Assembly (NCBI GenBank): GCA_018817715.1
Contig: JAHITT010000001.1
Span: 109,781 to 173,780, forward strand
Reading direction: 5' to 3'
Length of the DNA: 64,000 nt
Source of the DNA: Patescibacteria group bacterium
GTDB taxonomy: Bacteria; Patescibacteriota; Patescibacteriia; Veblenbacterales; UBA10138
Shown here piece after piece: positions 1 through 8,811 of the stretch. The notes beneath the pieces are model-generated. The model made no database searches. It was not told the origin of the DNA and saw only the letters and a program-made list of their open reading frames with translations. Within the stretch, counting starts at the first letter, position 1, and every line of letters begins with the position of its first letter. The translations under genes were made by a program, and so were the position numbers.

Positions 1-540
1 TACAGATCGTTTTTCTCGCTCCGCCTCTGCTTGTTTACCAATAACGCGTTTCATTTCTTCGGGCAAAGTAATATCTTTTAAGTCCACCGAATCTACTTTA
101 ATACCCCAAGGATCCGTTAACTTATCCACGATTTCCCGAATCCTTTCGGAAATCTTATCGCGATTACTTAACAACTCATCTAATTCCACTTCACCAACAA
201 CATTACGCATAGTAGTTTGCGCTAGTTGAGAAATGGCATATTTATAATCTTCCACTTCCAAAATAACTTTTTCGGCTGATTGAACTTTATAATAAATTAC
301 CGCATTGACCCGGACAGAAATATTATCTTTGGTAATAGCTTCCTGGTCCGGCACATCCACGGCTTTAACGCGCATATCCACCTTAACGTAACTTTGAAAA
401 ATCGGTATAACTAAACGCCAACCCGGCTCCATAATGGCCGTAAATTTCCCCAAAGTAAATCTAACCCCCCTCTCATACTGATTTATTTGGCGGATACAAA
501 TAATTAATAAAAATAGAACTGCTAAAGGAATAAAATACAT
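1..540 (-). CDS. SPFH/band-7 (stomatin/HflC-like) membrane protein, C-terminus cut by window edge
   Basis: Minus-strand ORF starting at ATG 540-538 (not in ORF track because it runs off the edge). Translation MYFIPLAVLFLLIIC...GVRFTLGKF...KVDMRVKAVDVPDQEAITKDNISVRVNAVIYYKV...AISQLAQTTMRNVVG has an N-terminal TM helix and a typical SPFH domain. Confidence 0.7.
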   Translation of the reverse strand, partial: MYFIPLAVLFLLIICIRQINQYERGVRFTLGKFTAIMEPGWRLVIPIFQSYVKVDMRVKAVDVPDQEAITKDNISVRVNAVIYYKVQSAEKVILEVEDYKYAISQLAQTTMRNVVGEVELDELLSNRDKISERIREIVDKLTDPWGIKVDSVDLKDITLPEEMKRVIGKQAEAEREKRSV

Positions 541-618
541 AAAAATTTTAATTAATAATCAGCTAATAAATTATAGCACAAAACCTGTTTAAATTAACTA
601 TAAAACTTAGAAGTTCTA

Positions 619-1539
619 TTAATCAAAATAAGGAATTCCCCACCACAACCAAGGATCAACATAGCGGTATTTACAACCTAAGTTGGCTAATTGCGCCAAA
701 TCCGCCTCAGTTAAAGAAAAATCAAATACCTCAATATTATCCTTAATTCTCGACTGGCTAACGCTTTTAGGAATAACCACGGTTTGGCGTTGAATAGCCC
801 AACGAATAAGAATTTGTGCTGGTGTTTTTTTATGGCGGGCGGCAATCTGTTTAAGTTGACTGTCTTGTAATAAGACTGGAGCCTCCAATTGATTTACAAA
901 ATTACCTGGCGAACCCAAAGGTGAATAAGCCGTAACAGTTAAACCCTGAGCCTGGCAAAAAGCCACTAAACGATCCTGAGAATTATAAGGATGCAATTCC
1001 ACTTGATTGACCGCTGGCTGAATTCTGGCATAAGTTAAAATATCCATAATCATCGGTCCAGTAAAATTAGCCAAACCTATGGCTTTAGCCAAACCTTTAT
1101 CTACTAACTCTTCCATAGCCTGCCAGGTCTGCTGTAAAGACACTTTAACTGTTGGCGGTTGATTGTCGCCATTATTAATCCCCTGAGCCACTCCCCAATG
1201 CATTAAATAAAGGTCCACATAATCTACCTGTAAATCCTGCAAAGTTTTTTGACAAGCCGGCAAAACATCTTGGGGAGCATGCTTAGTATTCCATAATTTA
1301 CTGGTGATAAATAATTCCTCCCGTTTTAGACCGCTAGCGAAAATATTACTAAAGGCTTGACCGATTTCCGGCTCATTGCCGTAAATTGCCGCACAATCAA
1401 TATGACGATAACCGGCCTTAAGAACAGCAAAATTAACAGCTTCACCCACCTGACCAGGCTGGGACTTCCAAGTACCCAAACCAACCAACGGCATTTTAGC
1501 CTGGTTGTTTAGGGTGATAAATTTTTCAACTTGATCCAT
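619..1539 (-). CDS. aldo/keto reductase family oxidoreductase
   Basis: LVGLGTWKS...GYRHIDCAAIYGNE...LFITSKLWN; AKR signature motifs. Confidence 0.85.
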   Translation of the reverse strand: MDQVEKFITLNNQAKMPLVGLGTWKSQPGQVGEAVNFAVLKAGYRHIDCAAIYGNEPEIGQAFSNIFASGLKREELFITSKLWNTKHAPQDVLPACQKTLQDLQVDYVDLYLMHWGVAQGINNGDNQPPTVKVSLQQTWQAMEELVDKGLAKAIGLANFTGPMIMDILTYARIQPAVNQVELHPYNSQDRLVAFCQAQGLTVTAYSPLGSPGNFVNQLEAPVLLQDSQLKQIAARHKKTPAQILIRWAIQRQTVVIPKSVSQSRIKDNIEVFDFSLTEADLAQLANLGCKYRYVDPWLWWGIPYFD

Positions 1540-1563
1540 ACAAATTTTATTATTTAAAAATTA

Positions 1564-2901
1564 CTAATAATTCAAGCTATCTATATCATCCTGATAACGA
1601 TTCGCCAAAGCCACAACACTGTCACCATAAAAACTATAAGCCGGGTTAACCGAACCGGCAAAATACTTCATAGCGGCTGTCCACTCGCCCGATTGCTGCC
1701 TAGCGCCATCGGCGCCTAACTTTACACCAGCGGCCACAAAAGCATCCCGAATATCCCAAGGATTAGCTGTCCGGCCAGTAATCTTGGCTACTTTATCCCG
1801 ATAACCAAGCCAAGTGGAAGGAATAAATTGAGCCGGGCCCATAGCACCACCCCAGCCGATTTGCTTACCCTGTTTATCGCGCATTGGGCAAGACACCGGT
1901 GTAGTGTCGGGATCCAAACCTAACTCCTTGGTAATTTGCAAAAAAGGCTCTTGGTCGCGGGTCGGTTTCATAATTACCCGCCAGCCTTTTTCTGGCGGGT
2001 CACTGGCCCGATTGCAAGTGCCGACATTTTTACCCAAATTGGACTCTTGAGTTAAAACCGCCAACAAAAAAGCTGCTCTAACACCGGTTCGCTCCGATAC
2101 CCATTGAGCAATTTGCACAGCTTCGCCAAAAGTAACCCGCTTGGTCGTACCAAAAAGTTCATAAATACGGGCCCGAATTTCATCAGCCTTCTTTTTTTTA
2201 TCTTTTAAAAGTTGTTGATAAGCTGCTTCTTGACCTTTGGTTTGGCTAAGCAAATTATCTTGTTGAGAGATATTTTGGGATAAAGAATTTTTTTGTAAAT
2301 TAGCGATGGAAATTAAATTTTTTTGACCCTCCCGTTGATTTTCCAAATTTTTTTTATAATCAACCAGCTTTAAACCTTCTTCCTTGGAATGCTCTAACAA
2401 ACTAAACAACTGATCACTTAATAATTTATAAGTTTGGATTTCATCAAAAAAACCAGAAATACCTTTATCGTACAAAAACATGTTAAAAACCGTATTCTGC
2501 TGACTGGTAATATGCAACTGCCGTATAATTTTCGCCATTTCCTTATGTAAACCAGTAAGCCTCTGCTCGTTAATATCAATATCACCTTGGGTTTTGTTAA
2601 TCTGCTTTTCTGTGCCTTGTAGTTGCAAGGTGGTTTGCTTAATCTGCAAAGCAATGGATGATTGTTTTATCCTAAGTTCGCGAATTTTATTATTCAGGGT
2701 GGCTTTTTGTGATTGAGTGCGACCTAGTTCTTTAGTGTACTGTTCAATTTGCACTTCAATTTCTTTTAATTCCTGCTCTAACCTCTGCTGTTCAACCTGC
2801 AATTGCTGTTGGGTGACACTCCCCTGCCCTAAAGCGCTTAAATAAGGCCAAAACAAAAAATTGACTACTAAAATTATTGATAATACAAACTTAAATTTCA
2901 T
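1564..2901 (-). CDS. secreted coiled-coil protein with C-terminal lytic murein transglycosylase (MltB/Slt35-like) domain
   Basis: The C-terminal GAMGPAQFIPSTW motif resembles MltB-family lytic transglycosylases. The N-terminal 250 aa is Q/E/K/L-rich coiled coil. Likely true start is MKFKFVLSIILV (signal peptide) at 2901 rather than the ORF-track start 2958. Confidence 0.55.
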   Translation of the reverse strand: MKFKFVLSIILVVNFLFWPYLSALGQGSVTQQQLQVEQQRLEQELKEIEVQIEQYTKELGRTQSQKATLNNKIRELRIKQSSIALQIKQTTLQLQGTEKQINKTQGDIDINEQRLTGLHKEMAKIIRQLHITSQQNTVFNMFLYDKGISGFFDEIQTYKLLSDQLFSLLEHSKEEGLKLVDYKKNLENQREGQKNLISIANLQKNSLSQNISQQDNLLSQTKGQEAAYQQLLKDKKKKADEIRARIYELFGTTKRVTFGEAVQIAQWVSERTGVRAAFLLAVLTQESNLGKNVGTCNRASDPPEKGWRVIMKPTRDQEPFLQITKELGLDPDTTPVSCPMRDKQGKQIGWGGAMGPAQFIPSTWLGYRDKVAKITGRTANPWDIRDAFVAAGVKLGADGARQQSGEWTAAMKYFAGSVNPAYSFYGDSVVALANRYQDDIDSLNY

Positions 2902-2971
2902 AACAAGTTTGATTATACCATAAGAGACTAAATCAAATCGAAAAATTGATGCTGACAAAATAAACTTTCTT

Positions 2972-3007
2972 CCCTTGTACTAACGTGTTAACACGTTGGT
3001 ACAAGGG
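2972..3007. promoter_or_regulatory. 36-bp near-perfect palindrome (cccttgtacTaacgtgtt|aacacgttGgtacaaggg) in a divergent promoter region
   Basis: Inverted repeat with one mismatch and an AACGTGTTAACACGTT core. It lies between the divergent transglycosylase and CN-hydrolase genes. Confidence 0.4.
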
Positions 3008-3116
3008 TAAAATTTGATTTATAATTTATATCAAATTCACTGACTATTACCTTGAAACTTCAACTATGCTCTGTTATCTTAACTATACAAAGAAAAATTA
3101 TTTAATCCAATAACTA

Positions 3117-3836
3117 ATGTCTATAAAAATTGCCGCTGGCCAAATTGAAGTTGGTGACAATATTGAAAAAAATCTACAAAAAATACTACTAGCCATTACC
3201 ACAGCCGCCGCCCAGCAGGCCGACTACCTTTGCCTACCAGAAATCTGTTTGGTATCTGATGAAAAACTAATACGTAATATTAATAAAGAAATCGAACAAA
3301 TTAAACAAGCTGCCAAAAAATATAAAATAAATGTTATCTTTGGCACTTACCTTAAAATAGACGGCCATATTAGAAATCAATTGTGGGTAATTAACAAAAA
3401 TGGCGAAACTATTCATAAGTACAACAAAAAACACACTTTTTTTACCGAACGCTCCACAGTCAAAGAAGGAAAAAACAATAAAGTATTAACTATAGATAAT
3501 TTAAACTTTGCTGTTATAAACTGCTGGGATTACGCCTATCCGGAAGATATACGAAAACTGGCTCGTGATGGTGCCCAGGTTATTTTTTGTCCTAGCTACC
3601 TAGTATCACATCCTCACACTAAAGAAGTTTTAGATAAAATACCCCAAGTGCGAGCTTTTGATTCTATGTCTTACTTTATTATGGTGGATGCTTTTAATAA
3701 AGAAACTTTTAAACGTAGCAAAATTTGTCATCCGCTTAAAACCCTCTCCAGCCTATCTGATTCGCCGGGTATTATTTACGCTACAATTGAATTAACCGCT
3801 ATTACTAAACTGCGTCAGCGTTTTTTGAATTTATAA
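3117..3836 (+). CDS. carbon-nitrogen hydrolase (nitrilase superfamily)
   Basis: AAGQIEVGDNIEKN..., catalytic Cys in the VINCWDYAYPE context. Size and layout typical of CN hydrolases. Confidence 0.7.
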   Translation: MSIKIAAGQIEVGDNIEKNLQKILLAITTAAAQQADYLCLPEICLVSDEKLIRNINKEIEQIKQAAKKYKINVIFGTYLKIDGHIRNQLWVINKNGETIHKYNKKHTFFTERSTVKEGKNNKVLTIDNLNFAVINCWDYAYPEDIRKLARDGAQVIFCPSYLVSHPHTKEVLDKIPQVRAFDSMSYFIMVDAFNKETFKRSKICHPLKTLSSLSDSPGIIYATIELTAITKLRQRFLNL

Positions 3837-3979
3837 AAAACTATCTAAAAATCCCTTAAAAATATCTTAGGGATTTTTTGTTTTAGGGATAGTAAAAATT
3901 TCGTCTCGTACCCTTCGATTCCTCTTATTTATCCAACTAAAAACAAAACACCCCACCCAAACGGTGAGGTAATTTGTCT

Positions 3980-4054
3980 TGGCAGGGGTGGTAGGAATCG
4001 AACCCACGTCATTGGTTTTGGAGACCAAGGTCCTGCCACTGAACGACACCCCCA
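3980..4054 (-). tRNA. tRNA-Trp (anticodon CCA)
   Basis: Reverse complement folds as a cloverleaf with anticodon loop CUCCAAA, T-loop GGTTCGATTCC and encoded CCA end. Confidence 0.8.
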
Positions 4055-4072
4055 TAATCCGCACTTAACGGA

Positions 4073-4228
4073 TTACTTGGTCTCTTTATGTAAAACGTGC
4101 TTCTTACACCAATTGCAATGCTTTTTGGTTTCCAAACGAGTTTTAACTTTTTTCTTGTTACGGAAAGAATGGTAGTTAATGCGATGACAATCGCTACACT
4201 CCATCTTAATAAGATTATCCTGTGACAT
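4073..4228 (-). CDS. rpmG: 50S ribosomal protein L33 (zinc-ribbon form)
   Basis: 51-aa ORF absent from the ORF track: MSQDNLIKMECSDCHRINYHSFRNKKKVKTRLETKKHCNWCKKHVLHKETK. CxxC...CxxC plus the KHVLHKE motif match L33. Confidence 0.8.
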   Translation of the reverse strand: MSQDNLIKMECSDCHRINYHSFRNKKKVKTRLETKKHCNWCKKHVLHKETK

Positions 4229-4265
4229 ATAATATAGAAAGTAATAATTAAAATTAATTTTAAAC

Positions 4266-4341
4266 TGGAGCCGATGGTCGGGTTCGAACCGACGACCTAC
4301 AGTTTACAAAACTGTTGCTCTACCAACTGAGCTACATCGGC
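4266..4341 (-). tRNA. tRNA-Thr (anticodon UGU)
   Basis: Acceptor stem GCCGATG/CATCGGC, anticodon loop TTTGTAA, T-loop GGTTCGAACC, CCA encoded. Confidence 0.85.
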
Positions 4342-4391
4342 CCATTCTTTAATAATTTATGGTTCACCCTAAGCAAGCACAGCGAGTTGAA

Positions 4392-4411
4392 TGGTGGGCC
4401 GAGTAGGATTC
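4392..4411. repeat. exact 20-nt direct repeat of the tRNA-Tyr 3' end (includes CCA), 136 nt downstream of the tRNA
   Basis: tggtgggccgagtaggattc occurs at 4392-4411 and again at 4548-4567 (the 3' end of tRNA-Tyr). Flanking sequence differs. Confidence 0.75.
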
Positions 4412-4547
4412 TCCCTCGCTCCGACTCGGGCACCCGGGCGCTACACACAAAAACCTGCGCTCGCTCGGTTTTTTCTCGCGCCCTTCGAATCCTTTTCCAT
4501 CCCCCCAAATATTCAAAGGTCGACTAATTATCTTTTTATATTCAAAG

Positions 4548-4634
4548 TGGTGGGCCGAGTAGGATTCGAACCTACGAAGGCATAAAGCCAGCAGATTTAC
4601 AGTCTGCCCCGTTTGACCGCTTCGGTACCGACCC
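4548..4634 (-). tRNA. tRNA-Tyr (anticodon GUA), long variable arm, CCA encoded
   Basis: Anticodon stem-loop GCAGA-CTGTAAA-TCTGC, long variable arm, T-loop GGTTCGAATCC, 87 nt. Confidence 0.85.
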
Positions 4635-4654
4635 TTAAAAATTTGTCCCCCCTG

Positions 4655-4727
4655 AGCCGATGCGCGGATTCGAACCGCGGACCTACTCCTTACCATGGAG
4701 TTGCTCTACCAACTGAGCTACATCGGC
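4655..4727 (-). tRNA. tRNA-Thr (anticodon GGU)
   Basis: Acceptor GCCGATG/CATCGGC, anticodon loop ATGGTAA, T-loop GGTTCGAATCC. No CCA encoded. Confidence 0.85.
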
Positions 4728-4812
4728 TCGCGAAGGACAAAATCTAATTTTTAAAAAGTGGCCTTACTTTGACCAATTTAAAATCTTTAAATATTTATCA
4801 ACCAAACTAATT

Positions 4813-5748
4813 TTAATCTATTTTAACACCAAAACTAGTAATTTTCTTACTAGACCGTCTTTTAATTGGTTTATTTTTTTGAACCTGTGCTCTAATTTGT
4901 TCGGTAAAGTCATTAATTTTTTGATTGTCTGAATTTACCTCGCGTAAAACATCTAAAGCTTCCTGTGCCTCGTTCAGATGCCCATTTACTATACTGAGTT
5001 CTATATAAAAGTCAAGCACTTTAGGGCTATTAGGCTCCAATTCTCGAGCTTCAGTCAAATGAGCTAAGGCCTGATTAAAATCACCTAATTGTTGATAGAC
5101 ATAAGCCAACTCCAAATGGAGCTGAATAGTATTTTTAAGAGCCAAACTTTTAAGATACTGACCCTTAGCTTCTTCTAAAAAACCCTGACCTTGAGCTACT
5201 TTAGCTAAACCCAAAGAAGAATAACGAGCCCGACCTTGTTCTGCTAAATATTCCAAAACTTCTTTAGCTTGCTCGTAATCTCTAGTTTCCAAATACACAT
5301 CAGCCAAGCTTTGATAAATATCCAAATTAGTTGGCTGGTGTTGAATAGCGCTTAAATATAAATTCTCTGCTTCGGCTAAATCCCCTTCCTGCTTAGCCTG
5401 CTCAGCCTTGTTTAAAATTTTTGCCACTACTTCCTCAACTTTACCCAAAGATACTTCCTGCTGAGCCACCTTCTCTTCCATTTGTTGAACAGATTGTTTT
5501 AACTGATCCTGTTTGAACTGAATTTTTTTATACCAAGGATCAAATTGTTTTTTAAGCCAACGCTTGCCTCTTTGTAACTTACGCTGTAAACGAGCTTCCA
5601 CTAAATCTTGTTTAACTTCTTGCTGTTTTAAACCGCTTAAATTATCCACATCAATTAATTTAAGGATGGGAAACTTACCAATAGCTAAAACAATCAAACC
5701 TACTAGACCCAACAACAAAACTATAACCAAAATAATATCGATTACCAT
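4813..5748 (-). CDS. membrane-anchored TPR-repeat protein
   Basis: N-terminal TM helix, then a coiled-coil region, then several TPR-like repeats (AEAENLYLSAIQHQP, YQSLADVYLETRDYEQA, LELAYVYQQLGDFNQA). Confidence 0.55.
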   Translation of the reverse strand: MVIDIILVIVLLLGLVGLIVLAIGKFPILKLIDVDNLSGLKQQEVKQDLVEARLQRKLQRGKRWLKKQFDPWYKKIQFKQDQLKQSVQQMEEKVAQQEVSLGKVEEVVAKILNKAEQAKQEGDLAEAENLYLSAIQHQPTNLDIYQSLADVYLETRDYEQAKEVLEYLAEQGRARYSSLGLAKVAQGQGFLEEAKGQYLKSLALKNTIQLHLELAYVYQQLGDFNQALAHLTEARELEPNSPKVLDFYIELSIVNGHLNEAQEALDVLREVNSDNQKINDFTEQIRAQVQKNKPIKRRSSKKITSFGVKID

Positions 5749-5751
5749 AAT

Positions 5752-6534
5752 TTACAACTGCTTTAATAGCTGACTAAATCTATCTTCCTGTAAACTGGCT
5801 CCACCCACTAACACACCGCTCAACGGCCAATCACTCAAACAAGTGGCAATATTACTAGCATCCACACTACCGCCATAAACCAATCTAACTTGACCGCTTA
5901 ATAATTTGGAGCTGGAAAAAATATCTACCAAAGTCTGTCCGATTACTTGAGCAGTATGAATCAATTCCTGATTATCAACGGCCTGACCAGAACCAATCAC
6001 CCAAACTGGCTCATAAGCCACCACCACCCGCTGATCTTTAGTTAAAGACAAGCCAGCCAAAGCTTGCTGAATTTGACGAGAAATTATTATATCTTTACGT
6101 CCAGCTTGACGTTCGGCAAAAGTTTCGCCCACACAAACTACTGGCACTAAACCAACGGCTAAAGCCGCCGCGACTTTATGCTTAATCATTACATCAGTCT
6201 CTTTTAAATACTGACGCCTTTCTGAATGACCAATCAACACATAACTAACCCCTGCTTCAACCAAAACAACTGGCGACACCTCACCAGTATAAGCTCCAGT
6301 AGATTGCCAAAAAATATCCTGAGCGCCCAATTTTATCTTAGATTTAAGCAAACTCTTAGCTACTGGCCATAAAGCGGGAAAAGTCGGACATAAAACCAAT
6401 TCCAAAGATTTTTTAGTTTGTAATGATTTATAAGACTTAAGAATTTTTTTAGCCAAAATCACACTGTCTTTAATCGACAGATTCATTTTCCAATTAGCTA
6501 TTATTAAAGATGCGGAAGAATTAGACATAATCAT
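5752..6534 (-). CDS. tpiA: triose-phosphate isomerase
   Basis: IANWKMN, GHSERR, YEPVWVIGSG and VYGGSV motifs. Confidence 0.9.
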   Translation of the reverse strand: MIMSNSSASLIIANWKMNLSIKDSVILAKKILKSYKSLQTKKSLELVLCPTFPALWPVAKSLLKSKIKLGAQDIFWQSTGAYTGEVSPVVLVEAGVSYVLIGHSERRQYLKETDVMIKHKVAAALAVGLVPVVCVGETFAERQAGRKDIIISRQIQQALAGLSLTKDQRVVVAYEPVWVIGSGQAVDNQELIHTAQVIGQTLVDIFSSSKLLSGQVRLVYGGSVDASNIATCLSDWPLSGVLVGGASLQEDRFSQLLKQL

Positions 6535-6613
6535 TACCTAACCAATGAATTATTTCAATAGTAATTTAATAACTCCAAAACACTTTAACAGCACACTTTT
6601 TATCATACACGGC

Positions 6614-7585
6614 TCAACTAATGGATTCAAGCCAAGCCATTAACCTAAAAGCATCCTGACGTCGCAACTGATCGGTTGGTGCACCCAATAAAACCATTAA
6701 ATAGACCCGGCCGGCAGTATCACTGGCCTGCATAACCAAATTATAACCCACTTCATTAAGATGTCCCGTTTTGCTAGCACTAATACGCCAAGCTGGCTGG
6801 CTAAGCAATTGGTTAGTATTAATCAGCCGAAAAGAATTTTTATCTGTTTTAATTACCACCTCATGGGCCAAACCAGCTGATTTAATAAATTCATCCTGCC
6901 AAACCCAAGCGGCCAACCTAGCCATCTGCCAAGCCGTCCCTTTGTTTAAGGCACTTAAACCAGTTGGATCAGAAAAAACCATTTGCCCTAAATTCAAACC
7001 ATAAGCAGTTTGATTCATTTTATAAACAAAAGCTTCCAAACTTGGACTAACTTTTTTAACCAAAGCCAAAACAACATTATTAGCCGAAGCCACTGCACTA
7101 GCCTGTATAGCCTGCTCGACACTTAAGGACTCTTGCTTTAAGACTGGCAACTGACTAACAGCTTCATCTTCACTTACATAAGCTTGCCAATCAGTAATTT
7201 GACTAACCGGCTCTACCGTCACTAAAGTAGATAAATTAAGTTGACTGTCGCGTACTAAACGTAAAGACATCAACTTGGTTAAACTAGCCAAGGGCATAAT
7301 CTGCTCCGGATTTTTCGCCCCAACAATAAACCAATCAGTCACCTCAACCAATAGAACACTACGACTAGCTAAATCCAAGTCCGCTAAATTATAAACCGCT
7401 GACCAATTAACTGGAGCCTGCTGGCTGGCTAAGGATAATTTAGGCAAGGTACCTTGCCGATTATAATTATTATTAGACCAAGCCGCTGGCCACCACAAAA
7501 AACCCATGGCCAATAAGCCAATAACCAACCATTGGTTTCTATTGGGCAGAAGAATTTTGAGCCGTAAATTGCTGTAAAATTTCAT
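6614..7585 (-). CDS. D-alanyl-D-alanine carboxypeptidase (peptidase S11/PBP5-like), membrane anchored
   Basis: SxxK active-site motif in MPLASLTKLMS and an N-terminal TM segment. The start overlaps scpB by 47 nt. Confidence 0.5.
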   Translation of the reverse strand: MKFYSNLRLKILLPNRNQWLVIGLLAMGFLWWPAAWSNNNYNRQGTLPKLSLASQQAPVNWSAVYNLADLDLASRSVLLVEVTDWFIVGAKNPEQIMPLASLTKLMSLRLVRDSQLNLSTLVTVEPVSQITDWQAYVSEDEAVSQLPVLKQESLSVEQAIQASAVASANNVVLALVKKVSPSLEAFVYKMNQTAYGLNLGQMVFSDPTGLSALNKGTAWQMARLAAWVWQDEFIKSAGLAHEVVIKTDKNSFRLINTNQLLSQPAWRISASKTGHLNEVGYNLVMQASDTAGRVYLMVLLGAPTDQLRRQDAFRLMAWLESIS

Positions 7586-8105
7586 GACTGGAAAGTTCTT
7601 GATAATTGGGTAACTCCAAATTGGAACCTAACCCCAAATGACGTAAAAAATCCATAGTAACCTGATAACGAGACAATTCCCCAGCTGAACCCGTTTCCTG
7701 TACCAAACCGCGAATTTGTAAATTACGCAAAATCAAACTACAGTTAACTCCCCTAATTTGTTCTAATTCAGCTTTACTAATTGGACCACGATAAGCAATA
7801 ACGGACAAAGCTTCCAATTGTGGCCGAGTTAATTCACCCATTTCTTCTTGCTGAACCAATTCCATTACTAAAGCTGCATAATCTGGATTAGTTACCAAAG
7901 CAACTTCTGAACCGTTCAATAATAACCGAAAACCAGTTGACCGCTCCAGATAATCTTTTTGCAATTCCTGAACTGCAACGGCTATATCAGCGACGGTTAT
8001 TTTTAAAATTTCTGCTAAACGCTTTTGGTTAACCGCCTTACCGGCCGCTAATAATAAACTTTCCAATTTAGCTTTGACTTGACTAACTTCTGTTTCCTTG
8101 GACAT
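7539..8105 (-). CDS. scpB: segregation and condensation protein B
   Basis: Winged-helix ScpB signature LSVIAYRGPISKAELEQIRGVN. Confidence 0.8.
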   Translation of the reverse strand: MSKETEVSQVKAKLESLLLAAGKAVNQKRLAEILKITVADIAVAVQELQKDYLERSTGFRLLLNGSEVALVTNPDYAALVMELVQQEEMGELTRPQLEALSVIAYRGPISKAELEQIRGVNCSLILRNLQIRGLVQETGSAGELSRYQVTMDFLRHLGLGSNLELPNYQELSSHEILQQFTAQNSSAQ

Positions 8106-8108
8106 AAC

Positions 8109-8810
8109 TTAAATCTTACTAATTTTAATATTACTGAATAAATCACTTTGTTCAGCCACTAGCTGGTGTTGCTTAACTAATTCTAACAAGGCTAAAAAAG
8201 ATACAATCATTTCCGTTTTATCCTGCGCCCCTTTAACGAATGATAACCAATCAACATTAATTTTTTCTTTAATTAATAATCGTAGATTATTTATTTTTTC
8301 TTGAATAGAAATAACTCGCTTAAAAGCCACTTCCGGCAATTTTATTAAAGGTTCTAAAGATAAAATTAAATGCTGCCAAACATCGGACATTTTTTCAGCT
8401 GATAGGTTGGCTGGTGGTATGAACTTATCAACCGATTTAATAAATAAAGGTTTTGGTCGACCAAAAGAAATCTGGCCTGCCTGCCAGCGTTTGGCCAAAT
8501 AATTACTAGCCACTAAATATTCACGATACAATTTTAATTGAGCTTCTAATTCTTTGGCCTCCTGCTCGTCGCCCAACTGCAAACTGGGTAATAACAAACG
8601 AGATTTTATAAAAAGTAACTTAGCCGCTATCACCAAAAAATCCGCCACCTCTTCAGGATTAAGTTCTTCTACCTGGCTTAAATAAGACATATACTGATCT
8701 GTCACTTGAGCCAAAGAAACTTCGGTTATATCAAGCTCCTCCTGCTCGATAAGTTGGAGCAGGAGGTGTAAGGGGCCTTGAAATTTTTCTAAAGTTATTT
8801 GATAACTCAT
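8109..8810 (-). CDS. scpA: segregation and condensation protein A
   Basis: LEKFQGPLHLLLQLIEQEELDITEVSLAQVTDQY motif. Start moved to MSYQ (8810) because the ORF-track N-terminus overlaps the upstream gene in another frame. Confidence 0.8.
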   Translation of the reverse strand: MSYQITLEKFQGPLHLLLQLIEQEELDITEVSLAQVTDQYMSYLSQVEELNPEEVADFLVIAAKLLFIKSRLLLPSLQLGDEQEAKELEAQLKLYREYLVASNYLAKRWQAGQISFGRPKPLFIKSVDKFIPPANLSAEKMSDVWQHLILSLEPLIKLPEVAFKRVISIQEKINNLRLLIKEKINVDWLSFVKGAQDKTEMIVSFLALLELVKQHQLVAEQSDLFSNIKISKI

Positions 8811-8811
8811 G

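Noticed and set aside
2418-2654. 78-aa ORF inside the transglycosylase gene (other frame, same strand)
   Set aside because: Internal alternative frame of a longer, motif-supported ORF.
3867-4064. 65-aa minus-strand ORF
   Set aside because: Overlaps tRNA-Trp and the terminator of the CN-hydrolase gene.
4315-4696. Three overlapping ORFs (4315-4527+, 4364-4696-, 4391-4585+)
   Set aside because: All lie across the tRNA-Thr/Tyr/Thr genes and the inter-tRNA spacer. Open frames here arise from GC-rich tRNA sequence.
5564-7004. ORFs 5564-5773(+) and 6771-7004(+)
   Set aside because: Antisense to the TPR protein/tpiA junction and to the DacA-like gene respectively.
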